DNA of 64,000 nt from Eledone cirrhosa (Eukaryota). How positions within the stretch are numbered: the stretch's first letter is position 1; every line of letters starts with the position of its first letter. Both the position numbers and the translations under genes were made by a program. The stretch is taken from positions 367,040,001 through 367,104,000 of the forward strand of contig OZ024743.1 in assembly GCA_964016885.1 (NCBI GenBank), written 5' to 3'. Shown here piece by piece: positions 26,330 to 37,300 of this stretch. The notes beneath the pieces are model-generated. The model was not told the origin of the DNA, did not search any database, and saw nothing but the letters and a program-made list of their open reading frames with translations.

Positions 26330-26444
26330 AACTGCTCAATGATAACACAGAAGAGAACTTGTTACAGAGCAAACTTAGTGTGACATGTTCACAGGAAAAC
26401 AATACCCGAATAGAACATATTAAGCTGATAATAATCAAAGAAAT
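26330..26444 (+). CDS. Possible host-gene internal exon (unidentified)
   Basis: Pyrimidine-rich acceptor cttgcttcctgcag, donor gtaaga, open frame xLLNDNTEENLLQSKLSVTCSQENNTRIEHIKLIIIKE; no homology recognised. Confidence 0.25.
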
Positions 26445-26619
26445 GTAAGAATTTTAACAATTTAACAAAGAAAAAGTATAAAAAATGACATTTTAGCACT
26501 TAGACCATAATACTTTCGACTCATGAAAAAAATTTGCTAACTACAAGTGTTAGAAATTGGTAATCAGTAAATCAGGACTGGGGCATTTTCAATAGGCAGT
26601 TCTTTTTATATTTGATAGG

Positions 26620-27861
26620 GAACCCTGATCTGTCATCTGGTGGTCCCTAAGGAAACTAGGTGTTGAGAAATGGCTTGTGAGGACAGTGCAAACTTTGTAC
26701 AGAAGTACTGTCAATAAAGTCAGGGTAGGAATGGAGTTTAGTGAGGAATTCCAGATACAAGTAGGAGTACATCAAGATTCGGTCCTCAGCCCGCTCTTGT
26801 TCATTATAGTCCTCCAAGCCATAACAGAGGAGTTTAAGACTGACTGTCCATGGGAACTTCTCTATGCTGACGATCTGGTTCTTATAGCAGAATCAATAGA
26901 GGAGCTAGAGAATAAATTCTGGCTATGGAAACAGCAGTTGGAAGCAAGAGGACTGAGAGTGAACCTAGCTAAGACAAAAGTGTTGATGAGTAGAAAAGAG
27001 GACAAAACTCTGATTCCGTCAGGGAAATGGCCATGTTCGATATGCAGAAAAGGAACTGGCATAAATTCTATAAAATGCACACAATGCAGATCCTGGGTAC
27101 ACGAGATGTAGCAGGATAGCAGGCAAACTAACAGGTAGGGAGAAATATGTATGCAGTAGATGTACAGGGAAATTAGACAGTAGAAGTCGCATTGATAGAC
27201 ACATTTTTCAAATGCAGGCGAGTGCTATAGAAGTGGTGGATAGCTTCCGGTACCTAGGAGATCAGATTAGCATGGGAAGGGGGTGTTCCAAGGCCATAGT
27301 ATCTAGAATAAGGATGGGTTGGAAGAAGTTTAGGGAGCTGCTTCCTCTGCTGACGAAGAAGGGTTTCTCCCTGCATATGAAAGGTCGGTTATATGATGCC
27401 TGTGTGAGGAGTGCAATGTTGCATGGTAGTGAGACATGGGCAGAAACTGCAGAGAATATGCAACGGCCAGAGAGAAATGAGGCAAGGATGCTCCATTGGA
27501 TGTGAAGTGTCAATGTGCATTAACGACCCAGCATGAATGTGTTGAAAGAGAAACTGTGTCTGAGAGGGATAGAATGTAGTGTACGGGAGAGGAGACTGAG
27601 GTGGTATGGGCATGTGATGCACATGGAGGATGACCGATGGGTGAAGAAGTGCCAGGAAATGCCAGTTGAAGGAAGACATGGTAGAGGTAGACCACGAAAA
27701 ACATGGGCGGAGGTGGTGAGAACAGACCTCAGATCGCGGAAGCTCATGGTGGAGATGACGAAGGACCGTGACAAGTGGAGAGATGCTGTGCTGAATAAGA
27801 CCCGTCCCACCCTTGCAAGCAGGGAAGAGCGGATGTAAAATGATGATGATGATGATGATGA
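26620..27861 (+). mobile_element. RTE LINE subfamily with short 3' UTR
   Basis: ORFs 26677-27111, 27212-27505 and 27533-27838; (GAT)n tail then (AT)n. Confidence 0.92.
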
Positions 27862-27878
27862 TATATATATATATATGT

Positions 27879-28223
27879 GGAGGCACATGGCTTAGTGGTT
27901 AGAGCATTGGCCTTTCAATCGAATGGTTGTGAGTTCAATTCTCAGACCGGGTGATGTGTTGTTTCCTTGAGCAAGACACTTTATTTCACATTGCTCCAGT
28001 TTACCCAGCTGTAGAAATGAGATGATAGGGACTGGAGTCCCTATCAATCCACTGCAAAGTGGTTGTGGAGGTGCCACAGCAAAAAAGCACCCAGCACTCA
28101 CTGTAAATGAGGTTGGTGTTAGGAAGGGCATCCAGCTGTAGAAATCAAGCCAGAATCAGTTACCGTCCCACCCTTGCAAGCAGGGAAAAAGCGGACGTAA
28201 AATGAAATGATAATGATGATGAT
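27879..28223 (+). mobile_element. tRNA-head CORE-like SINE (family B) with RTE-derived tail
   Basis: A-box TGGCTTAGTGG, B-box GTTCAATTC, CORE-like CCTTGAGCAAGACACTT; 3' end matches the adjacent RTE terminus CCGTCCCACCCTTGCAAGCAGGGA. Confidence 0.8.
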
Positions 28224-28409
28224 ACTGTATATGTATATATATATAAATTTTCGCTCTACATGGCTGAATACAATAATTGTAATCTGAGTTTTTCGAATAT
28301 TAATAATAATATTCGATTCGTTTGCAATTATGCAAACACCCTCATTTTTCAAGCTATGTCAGTAGAATGAGCCCCCCATTCTTGCTCTTGTGTTGGCACG
28401 CAAACAGAA

Positions 28410-28453
28410 CTGCATACACCAATGTTTCTTTGTATTACCCTTCATCAGTACAG
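28410..28453 (-). ncRNA. Type-I hammerhead motif, decayed stem II
   Basis: Minus strand: CTGTA-CTGATGA-agggtaatacaaa-GAAACA ttgg TGTA|TGCAG; lies in a ~320-bp insert between TA tracts. Confidence 0.65.
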
Positions 28454-28655
28454 GTCACTGTTCACCTGCCAACTGTAAGAGCTAGTGAAAATATATGATA
28501 TTTTCTAAAATATACAGTGACTGAATGGCCTGATTTGCATATTAGCAGACTGGCTAATATATATATATGTTAAAGGTAAACAGAAATAACAACACAATCA
28601 GTACAGTATATGGAAGGAATATATTAGGTTAATGCTTGAAATAGCAGGAAGAGGG

Positions 28656-28691
28656 TCTTATCGTTTCGGATGCTAGTCCTTCATCAGAAGA
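28656..28691 (-). ncRNA. Minimal hammerhead motif
   Basis: Minus strand: TCTT-CTGATGAA-GGA ctagca TCC-GAAACGAT|AAGA; the cleavage triplet looks mutated. Confidence 0.6.
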
Positions 28692-28853
28692 AAGAATGAG
28701 AAATAAGATAGAATTGGAATAGAGGAATTGGAAAAAATGTCTTTAGATAAAAATAACAGGTCCATTCATATTGACATCTCTTGAAAAACATGTACATATA
28801 TATGTGTATGTATATAAATATATATATATATATATACACACATATATATATAT

Positions 28854-29300
28854 ATAAGACAGCATATAGAGAAAACATAAAAAGAGGCATGTGTATAATT
28901 AAAGGGGATATAATACCAACAGAGTGAAAATCATGTCTATGAATGGAATGGAAAATACATAGAAATTAAAAGGATAAATTAACATGTACAGACCATTCTG
29001 TACATGTTTTCTCTTTACACAATGCGTTCTTATTAGCTGATATATTATTAGAAAAGTGGATCATGCTGTCGTTCCGGCGGTTTAATTCTATAATTTATTC
29101 ATGGCGAAACATGCTTACAGCGTGTCCAGGAGATATGGTTATAAAAAGGATGGTCTGTACATGTTAATTTATCCTTTTAATTTTTATGTATTTTCCATTC
29201 CGTTTGTAGATAATATGATGATTTTCACTCTGATGGTCTTATAGCCCCTTTAAGTAAACACACGCCTCTTTGTGTGGTTTTCTCTATATGGTATCTTATA
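28854..29300. repeat. Diverged inverted repeat (28854-28999 / 29148-29300) in a TA-flanked element
   Basis: Arms align by eye with mismatches and small indels. Confidence 0.8.
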
Positions 29301-29372
29301 AAGAGCCCGGTATCTATACTTTGAGCTCATTAAATTATAGAGGATTAATGTGAGTATTTAACTCCGTTTTTA

Positions 29373-29452
<80 letters not shown>

Positions 29453-29484
29453 TAGTTATGTAATAAACAACATAAGATAATTAT

Positions 29485-29539
29485 TTCCTTTACCTGTGGT
29501 TTCTTGAAAGCAGATATATCTGTTTTCAGTCGTCAGAAT
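29485..29539 (-). ncRNA. Hammerhead motif of PLE2 (stem I truncated)
   Basis: Minus strand: CTGACGA-cTGAAAaCAGAT at ATCTGcTTTCAa-GAAACC aca GGTA. Confidence 0.7.
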
Positions 29540-30189
29540 ATATATGTATATAAAATATATATATATGTATACACACATACATACACACGCACACACACAC
29601 ACAAACATGCACAAATACTCATACACACGTATAAAAACACATACACAAATGTATGTGTATATACATATATATTCTCACACACATATATATATATATAAAT
29701 TAATTAATTTAATTAGACAATTCTGTTGATTGGTTAATTATTTGTGTTTGTTTAATAACATCTGGTTGAGAGCTTTTATTCTGAATGTTAGCGGAAATTT
29801 AATATTTCCTTTGTTAACACTTTGAATCTACCCGCCAAAAACCGGGAGTTGCTTCCCTTGTTGCAATTAACACTTGACAACTCAGTGTTCGATGGCTGCC
29901 TTCTAGCGGCCGAATTTAGCTTGTCCACTCCGATTTATGGCAGAACGGAATCCCTGTTGATGAAATGAATCCTCTGTTCGATCATAAAATGCCACGAGCG
30001 TGCCTGTTACGTAAGTTGGATAACTGATTTCGGATTTTCATAGAAACATTTTAAACGTATATCGTTTGATTTGTCCAGGTGTATCTTTTTAACCTGTTAG
30101 TTTTTTCGTTACTTTGGCATTGTGTGGTTAGGTTTTGCCTAACACAATGTTCAATTTGTCAAGCTATTTAAACGTATGTTATTACTCTA

Positions 30190-30455
30190 AAGGCGGTGGA
30201 TTGGCAGTATCGGTAGAGGGTCGGACACCATGCTTTGAATCATAGAGTTACCTCCCTGTATGATCAGAGTTACCTCCCTGTATGATCTGAGTTCAAATCC
30301 CGCCGAGGGGTCGATAAAATAAAGTACCAGTAATGCACTGGGTAATTGCTGGCCTTGTGCCAAAAAGTAGAAACGGCGGGATTTGAACTCAGATCGTAAA
30401 GGGACGTAACTATGCTGGAAAGCATGGTGTCTGACCCTCTACCGATTCTGCCACT
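30190..30455. mobile_element. Two SINE A copies tail-to-tail (+ 30190-30372, - partial 30374-30453)
   Basis: A/B boxes on each strand; internal 23-bp duplication at ~30244-30290. Confidence 0.8.
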
Positions 30456-31412
30456 AGAAATAACAGCCGTTTATATGGGATTAAAAATTAGCTCTACAGT
30501 TAAGGAGCAATAATATTATATTATATTTAGAGTTTAAACTCAAAGTCATTTACAATTAATCAGCTCAAAGAAAGAAGCATTTCCGAGCAGTGAAATACAA
30601 GTTAATATATATTAATATATGATAAACACATACGTGTTTGTATTGTAAGAGACAAAGTTAGCTAGAATGAAATAAACTAATTAAAATGAATACAATTTGT
30701 CTGTCTCGATATAAGTCAATAAAGACAAGCTTATATTGGCAAAAGCCGTGATTCCTGGACAAATTTAAATTTCAAAATCCAAACCTGCTCCGTAGATGAA
30801 TTTTTTAATTAGTTTATTTCTTTCTAGCTAACTTTGTCTCTTACAATACAAACACGTATGTGTTTATCATATATTAATATATATTAACTCGTATTTCACT
30901 GCTCGGAAATGCTTCTTTCTTTGAGCTGATTAATTGTAAATGACTTTGAGTTTAAACTCTAAATATAATATAATATTATTGCTCCTTAACTGTAGAGCTA
31001 ATTTTTAATCCCATATAAACGGCTGTTATTTCTAGCACCGGGAGTATGGGATGGCTAGTATAGCTGGTTATACCACATGTGAATCAGTCCTGCAAAATTT
31101 TTGGAGGTGAAATGTACTAATTTTACTGGATTCCTGTTGATAAGCACAGAAGATTTGAATATTTCACTTTGTATATTTCAATTTTTATACCATCATTGCG
31201 AAACATATTTATGTTTCGAAGTTCAAATTCATCTACGGAGCAGGTTTGGATTTTGAAATTTAAATTTGTCCAGGAATCACGGCTTTTGCCAATATAAGCT
31301 TGTCTTAATTGACTTATATCGAGACAGACAAATTGTATTCATTTTAATTAGTTTATTTCATTCTAGCTAACTTTGTCTCTTACAATACAAACACGTATGT
31401 GTTTATCATATA

Positions 31413-31420
<8 letters not shown>
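30453..31420. mobile_element. Complex fold-back / partial-tandem element, unit ~539 bp
   Basis: 30803-31035 is the reverse complement of 30453-30686; 31225-31420 is the reverse complement of ~30604-30803; direct repeat starts at 30803 and 31342. Confidence 0.85.
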
Positions 31421-31490
<70 letters not shown>

Positions 31491-31931
31491 AAAATAAAAA
31501 TATAAAATATAAAATAAACATACGTACATATCCACATACACATGGCGTGCAAAAATACATATACACATACACATACACACGTATATAAAAACATGCATAC
31601 AACCAAATATACTAACACACACATAAACCCTACAAAAACGAGCATTGGTACATAGTCTACGTACAAACGTAAACACATGCGTGCGCGTACTCGCACGTAA
31701 TAAGAAATCAACACACGCATACAAAACCATACGTAAGACTATACAGACAAAAACAAAAGCATATATACAACCGCATACACACAACTATATACGTAACCAA
31801 TACATAGAGCCATATATAAGTATAATATAAACATAAATAAACTCACACATAAATATATATACATACAAACACATACATACACACACACATATATATATAT
31901 ATATATACACACATACAAAAACATACACACG

Positions 31932-32046
<115 letters not shown>

Positions 32047-32364
32047 CATATATATATATATACACATATGGTGGCTGCCAACTCGTTTTCGAGTACGGCC
32101 ACTACTTTATATCCATGTAGGAGAACCCCTACCGATGCGCTGAACGAGTGTGACTTTTTAGTCCGGCCAGCGACTTGAAAACTCTGGTACAAACACTACA
32201 CTTGTGACAATTATTGACACATAGTGCTGGGCCCATGGTACCATGTGACGACAAGTGCAGAGAGATCTCCAGATATAAAGCAATGCCTGTGCCATGAAGC
32301 TTTTATAGTGAGCAAAGGCACTGTATATACACATATACACACATACATACATACGTACACATAC

Positions 32365-32403
<39 letters not shown>

Positions 32404-34295
32404 CACACATACATACACGCACACATACACACATATACACATACACACACACGTACAAATAAATAATCAAAATACTATAAATGTATGTACACATGAGCCT
32501 GTCTGCAAATGTACCCGCACACAGCCCTATGTGGAAACATAAAAACCTAGTGGGTAAGTAAGGACAAAAGGGGAGTAAAATTGAAATGATAAACTCAATA
32601 TTAAGAATAGGTAAGGGAAAAAAGTGTTGTAAAAGGTTTGCGATGAGATCTAGATAAGAGTATCTCGTTAAAGAGTTAACTGAGTAAAGGATAAAGGTGG
32701 TGGGTGTGTATGTGTAAAGGGTAAGGTAGAAAGTAGGGGGGATTATAAGTCAACTGAAAACATTTTTTAAATAGGAAAAAAATAATAAAAAATATAAAGA
32801 GATATAGAAGGAGATGAGGGAGAAAAAGTATATATGGGTAAGAAGAATGAGTTCTTAGGGTAATAATATTCGTAGTGAGCGGAAGGCGTAATGAATAAAG
32901 AAGAAGCTCAAAGTGGTTGAGTCATCGTAGGAATGTCAATCCAGTTAAAAAGTAGATGTGGACAACATCTGAAGAACTCGGTCTTGGAGTTGAGGCAAGT
33001 GGAAGCGGCTTTCAAGTTTTGGATAATTCTAATTTTTTCTGTGGTGCACAAAGAACATTTCTTTGTGCTCCTTTAGTATCCTCTTGAATGGTCTAAAATA
33101 GACCAGTCAATAGTGTACGGAATGTTTTTGTCTTTGAATTCCCACACTTTATTTGCAAGCGCCGTTGCTGTTCTTTTTTCAGGGTGTTTAAAAGAAGCAA
33201 CATGTGCATAATACCTGGTTTTGAATCTGTCCTGGGTCATGCCAACATATCGTTCACTCCTGGCTAGCTGGTTATTAATCATCGGTGTCAATTTGGCCTC
33301 ATACAGAATGGATTTGGTATTACATTTACCCTGTAATGGGCATTCTTCCGGCTTCCTGCAACTGCATCCTGGATTTACTCTCGTACGATTAGAGTTGGTA
33401 ATTTTAGTCTTCATTGATGGACAGCAAGAGTAACTGATTTTGACTACATTTCTATTAAATATCTTATTATATCTATGACTAGGGGGAAAATGTTTGTCTA
33501 GGAGGTCGAGGAATTTCCTTCCTACATTAGTTTTGACAGTTAGAGAGAAGGGGGTGTAAACCAAATAATTTTCCTGTTATTGTGTTTAGTGTTAGAGGGA
33601 AGAGTAGGTAAATATTTAATATGTTCGGTGAAGCCGCTGTTATTGAGGGCCTTGAGGGGCGGCTTTGTTAAAAATGTCTAGAGACGAAGATAAGGTAGAT
33701 ATTCTACGGCTAATGTTAGGAATGAGATTTTTAAACGCTATAGAGGGATGGCAAGACTCTTTGTGTATATATCTTAAATTCTCGTTAGGTTGATAAGGTT
33801 TATGATAAGTGTTTGTGCATGTTTTTGTGTGTGCATGTATGTATGTGTGTATACATATATATATGTATATATATTTTATATACATATATATTAATGTATA
33901 TGCACACTTCGTGTATTTGTTTATTATTTTTAATTGTTTTTATCCCCCTCTCCTCTCACTTATCCTTGTCAACACGTATCTTTTATTTTTGACTTTGTAT
34001 TTTTTGTTCTTATTCATTTATTTATTTTTTCTTATTACTTCATGTATATGTATGTGTATGTATTTTGTCCATGCCTGTAGATACATATACGCTTATGTGA
34101 CAAAGTCTACGTACTTTTTAAGTATATGCGGGTGGTTGAGTGTGTGTATGTTTATATATTTATTGTTTTTATATATACATATGTATTTTTCTTTTTTTTC
34201 TCTTCTTCTTCTTCGCCCGTTGTTTCCCCAGCCTCACTTTCATATTTCTTATATTTTGTTTTCAAATCCATATTTAATAAAAACACCATGTTTTA

Positions 34296-34353
34296 TTCAT
34301 TCTGACGACTGAAAACAGATGTATCTGCTTTCAAGAAACGACTGATAAATGAA
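34296..34353 (+). ncRNA. Hammerhead motif, inverted terminal copy of PLE2
   Basis: TTCATT-CTGACGA-long stem II-GAAAC gactg ATA|AATGAA; stem I intact, stem III mutated. Confidence 0.7.
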
Positions 34354-34401
34354 ATAATTATCTTATGTTGTTTATTACATAACTAATAAGCTCTGTAGCC
34401 T

Positions 34402-34432
<31 letters not shown>

Positions 34433-34434
<2 letters not shown>

Positions 34435-34985
34435 AATTTGAGTATCTGTTGGTTGCTTCAGTATGCAGGTTAGAGCACTCAATGAAGTGTGCAGGTGGAT
34501 CTGTTTCCTCCGGAGTAATTTAAAACAAGAAGTGTTTTAAATTACATCATCAGGTGCGGATTGCATAATTAGTTAATGAAGAAAAGGAATTACAGCAAAC
34601 ACAAACAGAGAATAGAGAAAATATTTGATTCGGTGATGGCTAGCGAAATTGGTGCTATTACAGAGATGGTCTGCTGCAACAATAACACCGATTTCGCGGG
34701 CCATCTCTGAATCAAATATTTTCTCTATTCTCTGTGTTTGCTGCATTTCCTTTTCTTCATTAACTAATTATGCAATCCGCACCTGATGATGTTACCATGG
34801 TCTTACATAACCAGGCCATTGAAATATATATAGTGTTTTTTGCAACAATTAAACTTTAAAGATATATTGTCTATTCTCTGTTTGCTGTAATTCCTTTTAT
34901 TGATTAACTAATCATGCAATCCACATCTGATGATGTTGCCAGGGTCTTGCATAACCATATATAGTGTTTTTTGTAATAATAAAAC
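34433..34985. mobile_element. Fold-back element (arms 34544-34659 / 34681-34792) plus partial direct repeat
   Basis: Inverted arms visible; 34870-34985 repeats ~34723-34856. Confidence 0.8.
34779..34836 (+). ncRNA. Hammerhead motif
   Basis: GCAC-CTGATGA-tgttacc ATGGTCT..AGGCCAT t-GAAA-TATAT-ATA|GTGT; the base of stem II is irregular. Confidence 0.55.
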
Positions 34986-34986
34986 T

Positions 34987-35202
34987 TTAACCCTTTAGCA
35001 TTTAAACCAGCTGTATCCAGTCAGAATTCTCTCGCCTCTTTCTGTTCAAACCGACTGTAACCAGCCACTCATACTGATGTTAAGGTATTGTTCTCGAAAT
35101 AAATAATAATGAAATCTTGTAGATTCGATATTATGTGAGATAAAGCTTTTACCATTAAAATACAATAGTAAATATAGAGTAATGTAAATGCTAAAAGGTT
35201 AA
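34987..35202. mobile_element. piggyBac-like MITE
   Basis: TTAA-CCCTTTAGCATTTA...TAAATGCTAAAAGG-TTAA; three copies in the window. Confidence 0.8.
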
Positions 35203-36266
35203 AAGGATATCACCAGTCTAGCCTCCTGTTGTTTAATTAAATTAATATTTAACACTGATTGTGCACCAGCCATAAGGTTTAACATCAATGATGAATGAGT
35301 TGCATAATGTAGAGAGCTTTTCCTACCATTACATCATGATTAACTAAATGGAATGGCTAGTTCTATCCATTGGTGAACCACAAAACATATATATACAGAA
35401 TAAAGGTAACCAAGACTATGTCAATATGTATATAAATTTACACATTTTTTTTTTGTATATAGACATGTAATCATGCCAAATATACCTATTTTTTGGTAGA
35501 CTGAATAATTGATAAATACCTTTAATCAATTTTTAGATTTAGTTGAGCTTTCATCGGAAGGAATGTGTATCCTCTAAACAATCGAGGGGTTTAATACCTA
35601 TCACTTATAGTAGTATCCTGAAATGGACATAATACTTTGCATATTATTAACATTCATGCTGGTAGTTGATAAATATATATATTAAGTTGTGTGCTAACCT
35701 ATTAGAATCTTTACTTCTTATTCATGTGTGTTAGAGTAGTTGAGTTAACATCAATAGACTTTGTCTAGTTTGGTAACTTACTGCATCATATTTATTACCT
35801 TAGATATTTCAACTTTAGTATTATATAATTGACACACATAGGTTACTGAAAATATAAACCCAACCTCCACTTAACTGCAAAAAAGTACAAATCCCTCGTT
35901 GGTTTCCTTCTAGCATTCTTCCGATTATTCTTGTCATAGTGTAAATAGCTATGTCAAATTAGCAGGATTAGTAGAGTGTCAGATAAAATGCTATTAGAGT
36001 ATTTGTTCTGGCTCTTGATATTCTGAGTTAAAATCCTGCCAATATCAACATTGCCTTCCATTCTTCCAAGATCAATAACATAAAGTACCAGTCAAGTGAA
36101 GGGGTTGTTTTAATGAAATTTACCCTTCCCCAAATTTGCTTGCCTTGTGCCCAACAAGAAATCAATACTTATGTTAACTGACACCCTCATTTCTGTGGGA
36201 GGATACAATAACACAGGATTTGTTATTACTAATTTTCACTGCTTGTTATCTACTATACTTAAAAGG

Positions 36267-36520
36267 TGGAAGCAAGTGATCTAGTGGTTAGAGTGTTAAT
36301 CTAATGATTGCATGGTCTACGGCTTGATTCCCAGACTAGACACTGTATTGTGTTCTTGAGCAAGGCATTTCATTTCACGTTGCTCCAGTTCACTCAGCTG
36401 AAAATGAGTATCAGCAGGGGTTAAATCTTGAAATGGACCCATGTCTTGGACTCTCAGTTGCTTCATGAAACCAGGATAAGCTCTGACATAATGAACCTCT
36501 GAGCTGAAGAAAGACTTTAA
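36267..36520 (+). mobile_element. CORE-like SINE B, decayed
   Basis: Homologous to 27879-28020. Confidence 0.7.
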
Positions 36521-36544
36521 AACTCTAACTTTTAATCTACCACA

Positions 36545-37300
36545 AAACTTATTGTCATCTATTATATGTCATATGATATCTATGGTAGAATATGATTTCA
36601 TCTGTCACAGGATATACTATTACTAGATTTTACTAATTGTTGTCTACGATAGGACATATTGTTATCTATTATATGCCATGTTAGGGTGGTGAATTAGAAG
36701 TAATGGGAGAGAATTGGACAAAATGCTTCATAGTATTTACTTATGACTTTCTATGTTTTGAGCTCAAATCCTGCTGAGGTCAACTTTACTTTTCATCCTT
36801 CTGGGGTTGATAAAATAAAATACCAATTATGTACAGTGTTGATATAAATTACTTTCCTTTTCTTTCAAATTTTTGGCCATGCACCAATATCAATGTTAAA
36901 AAGAATTATAACATATTTCTAACAATCATAGGGAAACTTGTTATCTGTCATAAGACATGTTATGTATCATAGAGCAGATTGCTCTCCATCATAGGGTATG
37001 CAGATATCTATGACAGGATATGTTATCTATCACAGAATTTGCTAGCTAATATCAAACACATAACCTGTTATCTATAATAGGTCATACTATTATCTTTCAT
37101 TTGACTTGTTAGCTATTATAGAAGATGTTTTTTCCCAATGAACATAATGTTATCTGCCATCAAAAATCTTGCTATCTATCATATATAATAAAGTTAGCTA
37201 TCAAAGACTATGTTGTCATCTATTATAAGACATTATTTTAGAGCATGCTAAATGTTATTATCTATCACAAGAAATAATCTCCAAAGGGACATATTTATAT
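36545..37300. repeat. Degenerate ~21-24 bp minisatellite (TGTTATCTATCATAGGACATA-like) interrupted by SINE A (~36683-36910)
   Basis: Recurring TATCTATCA/TATCTGTCA cores. Confidence 0.6.

Noticed and set aside
31300-31345. Hammerhead in the 539-bp unit (GAGACA...TGTA)
   Set aside because: No CUGAnGA core and no matching stem I in either copy.
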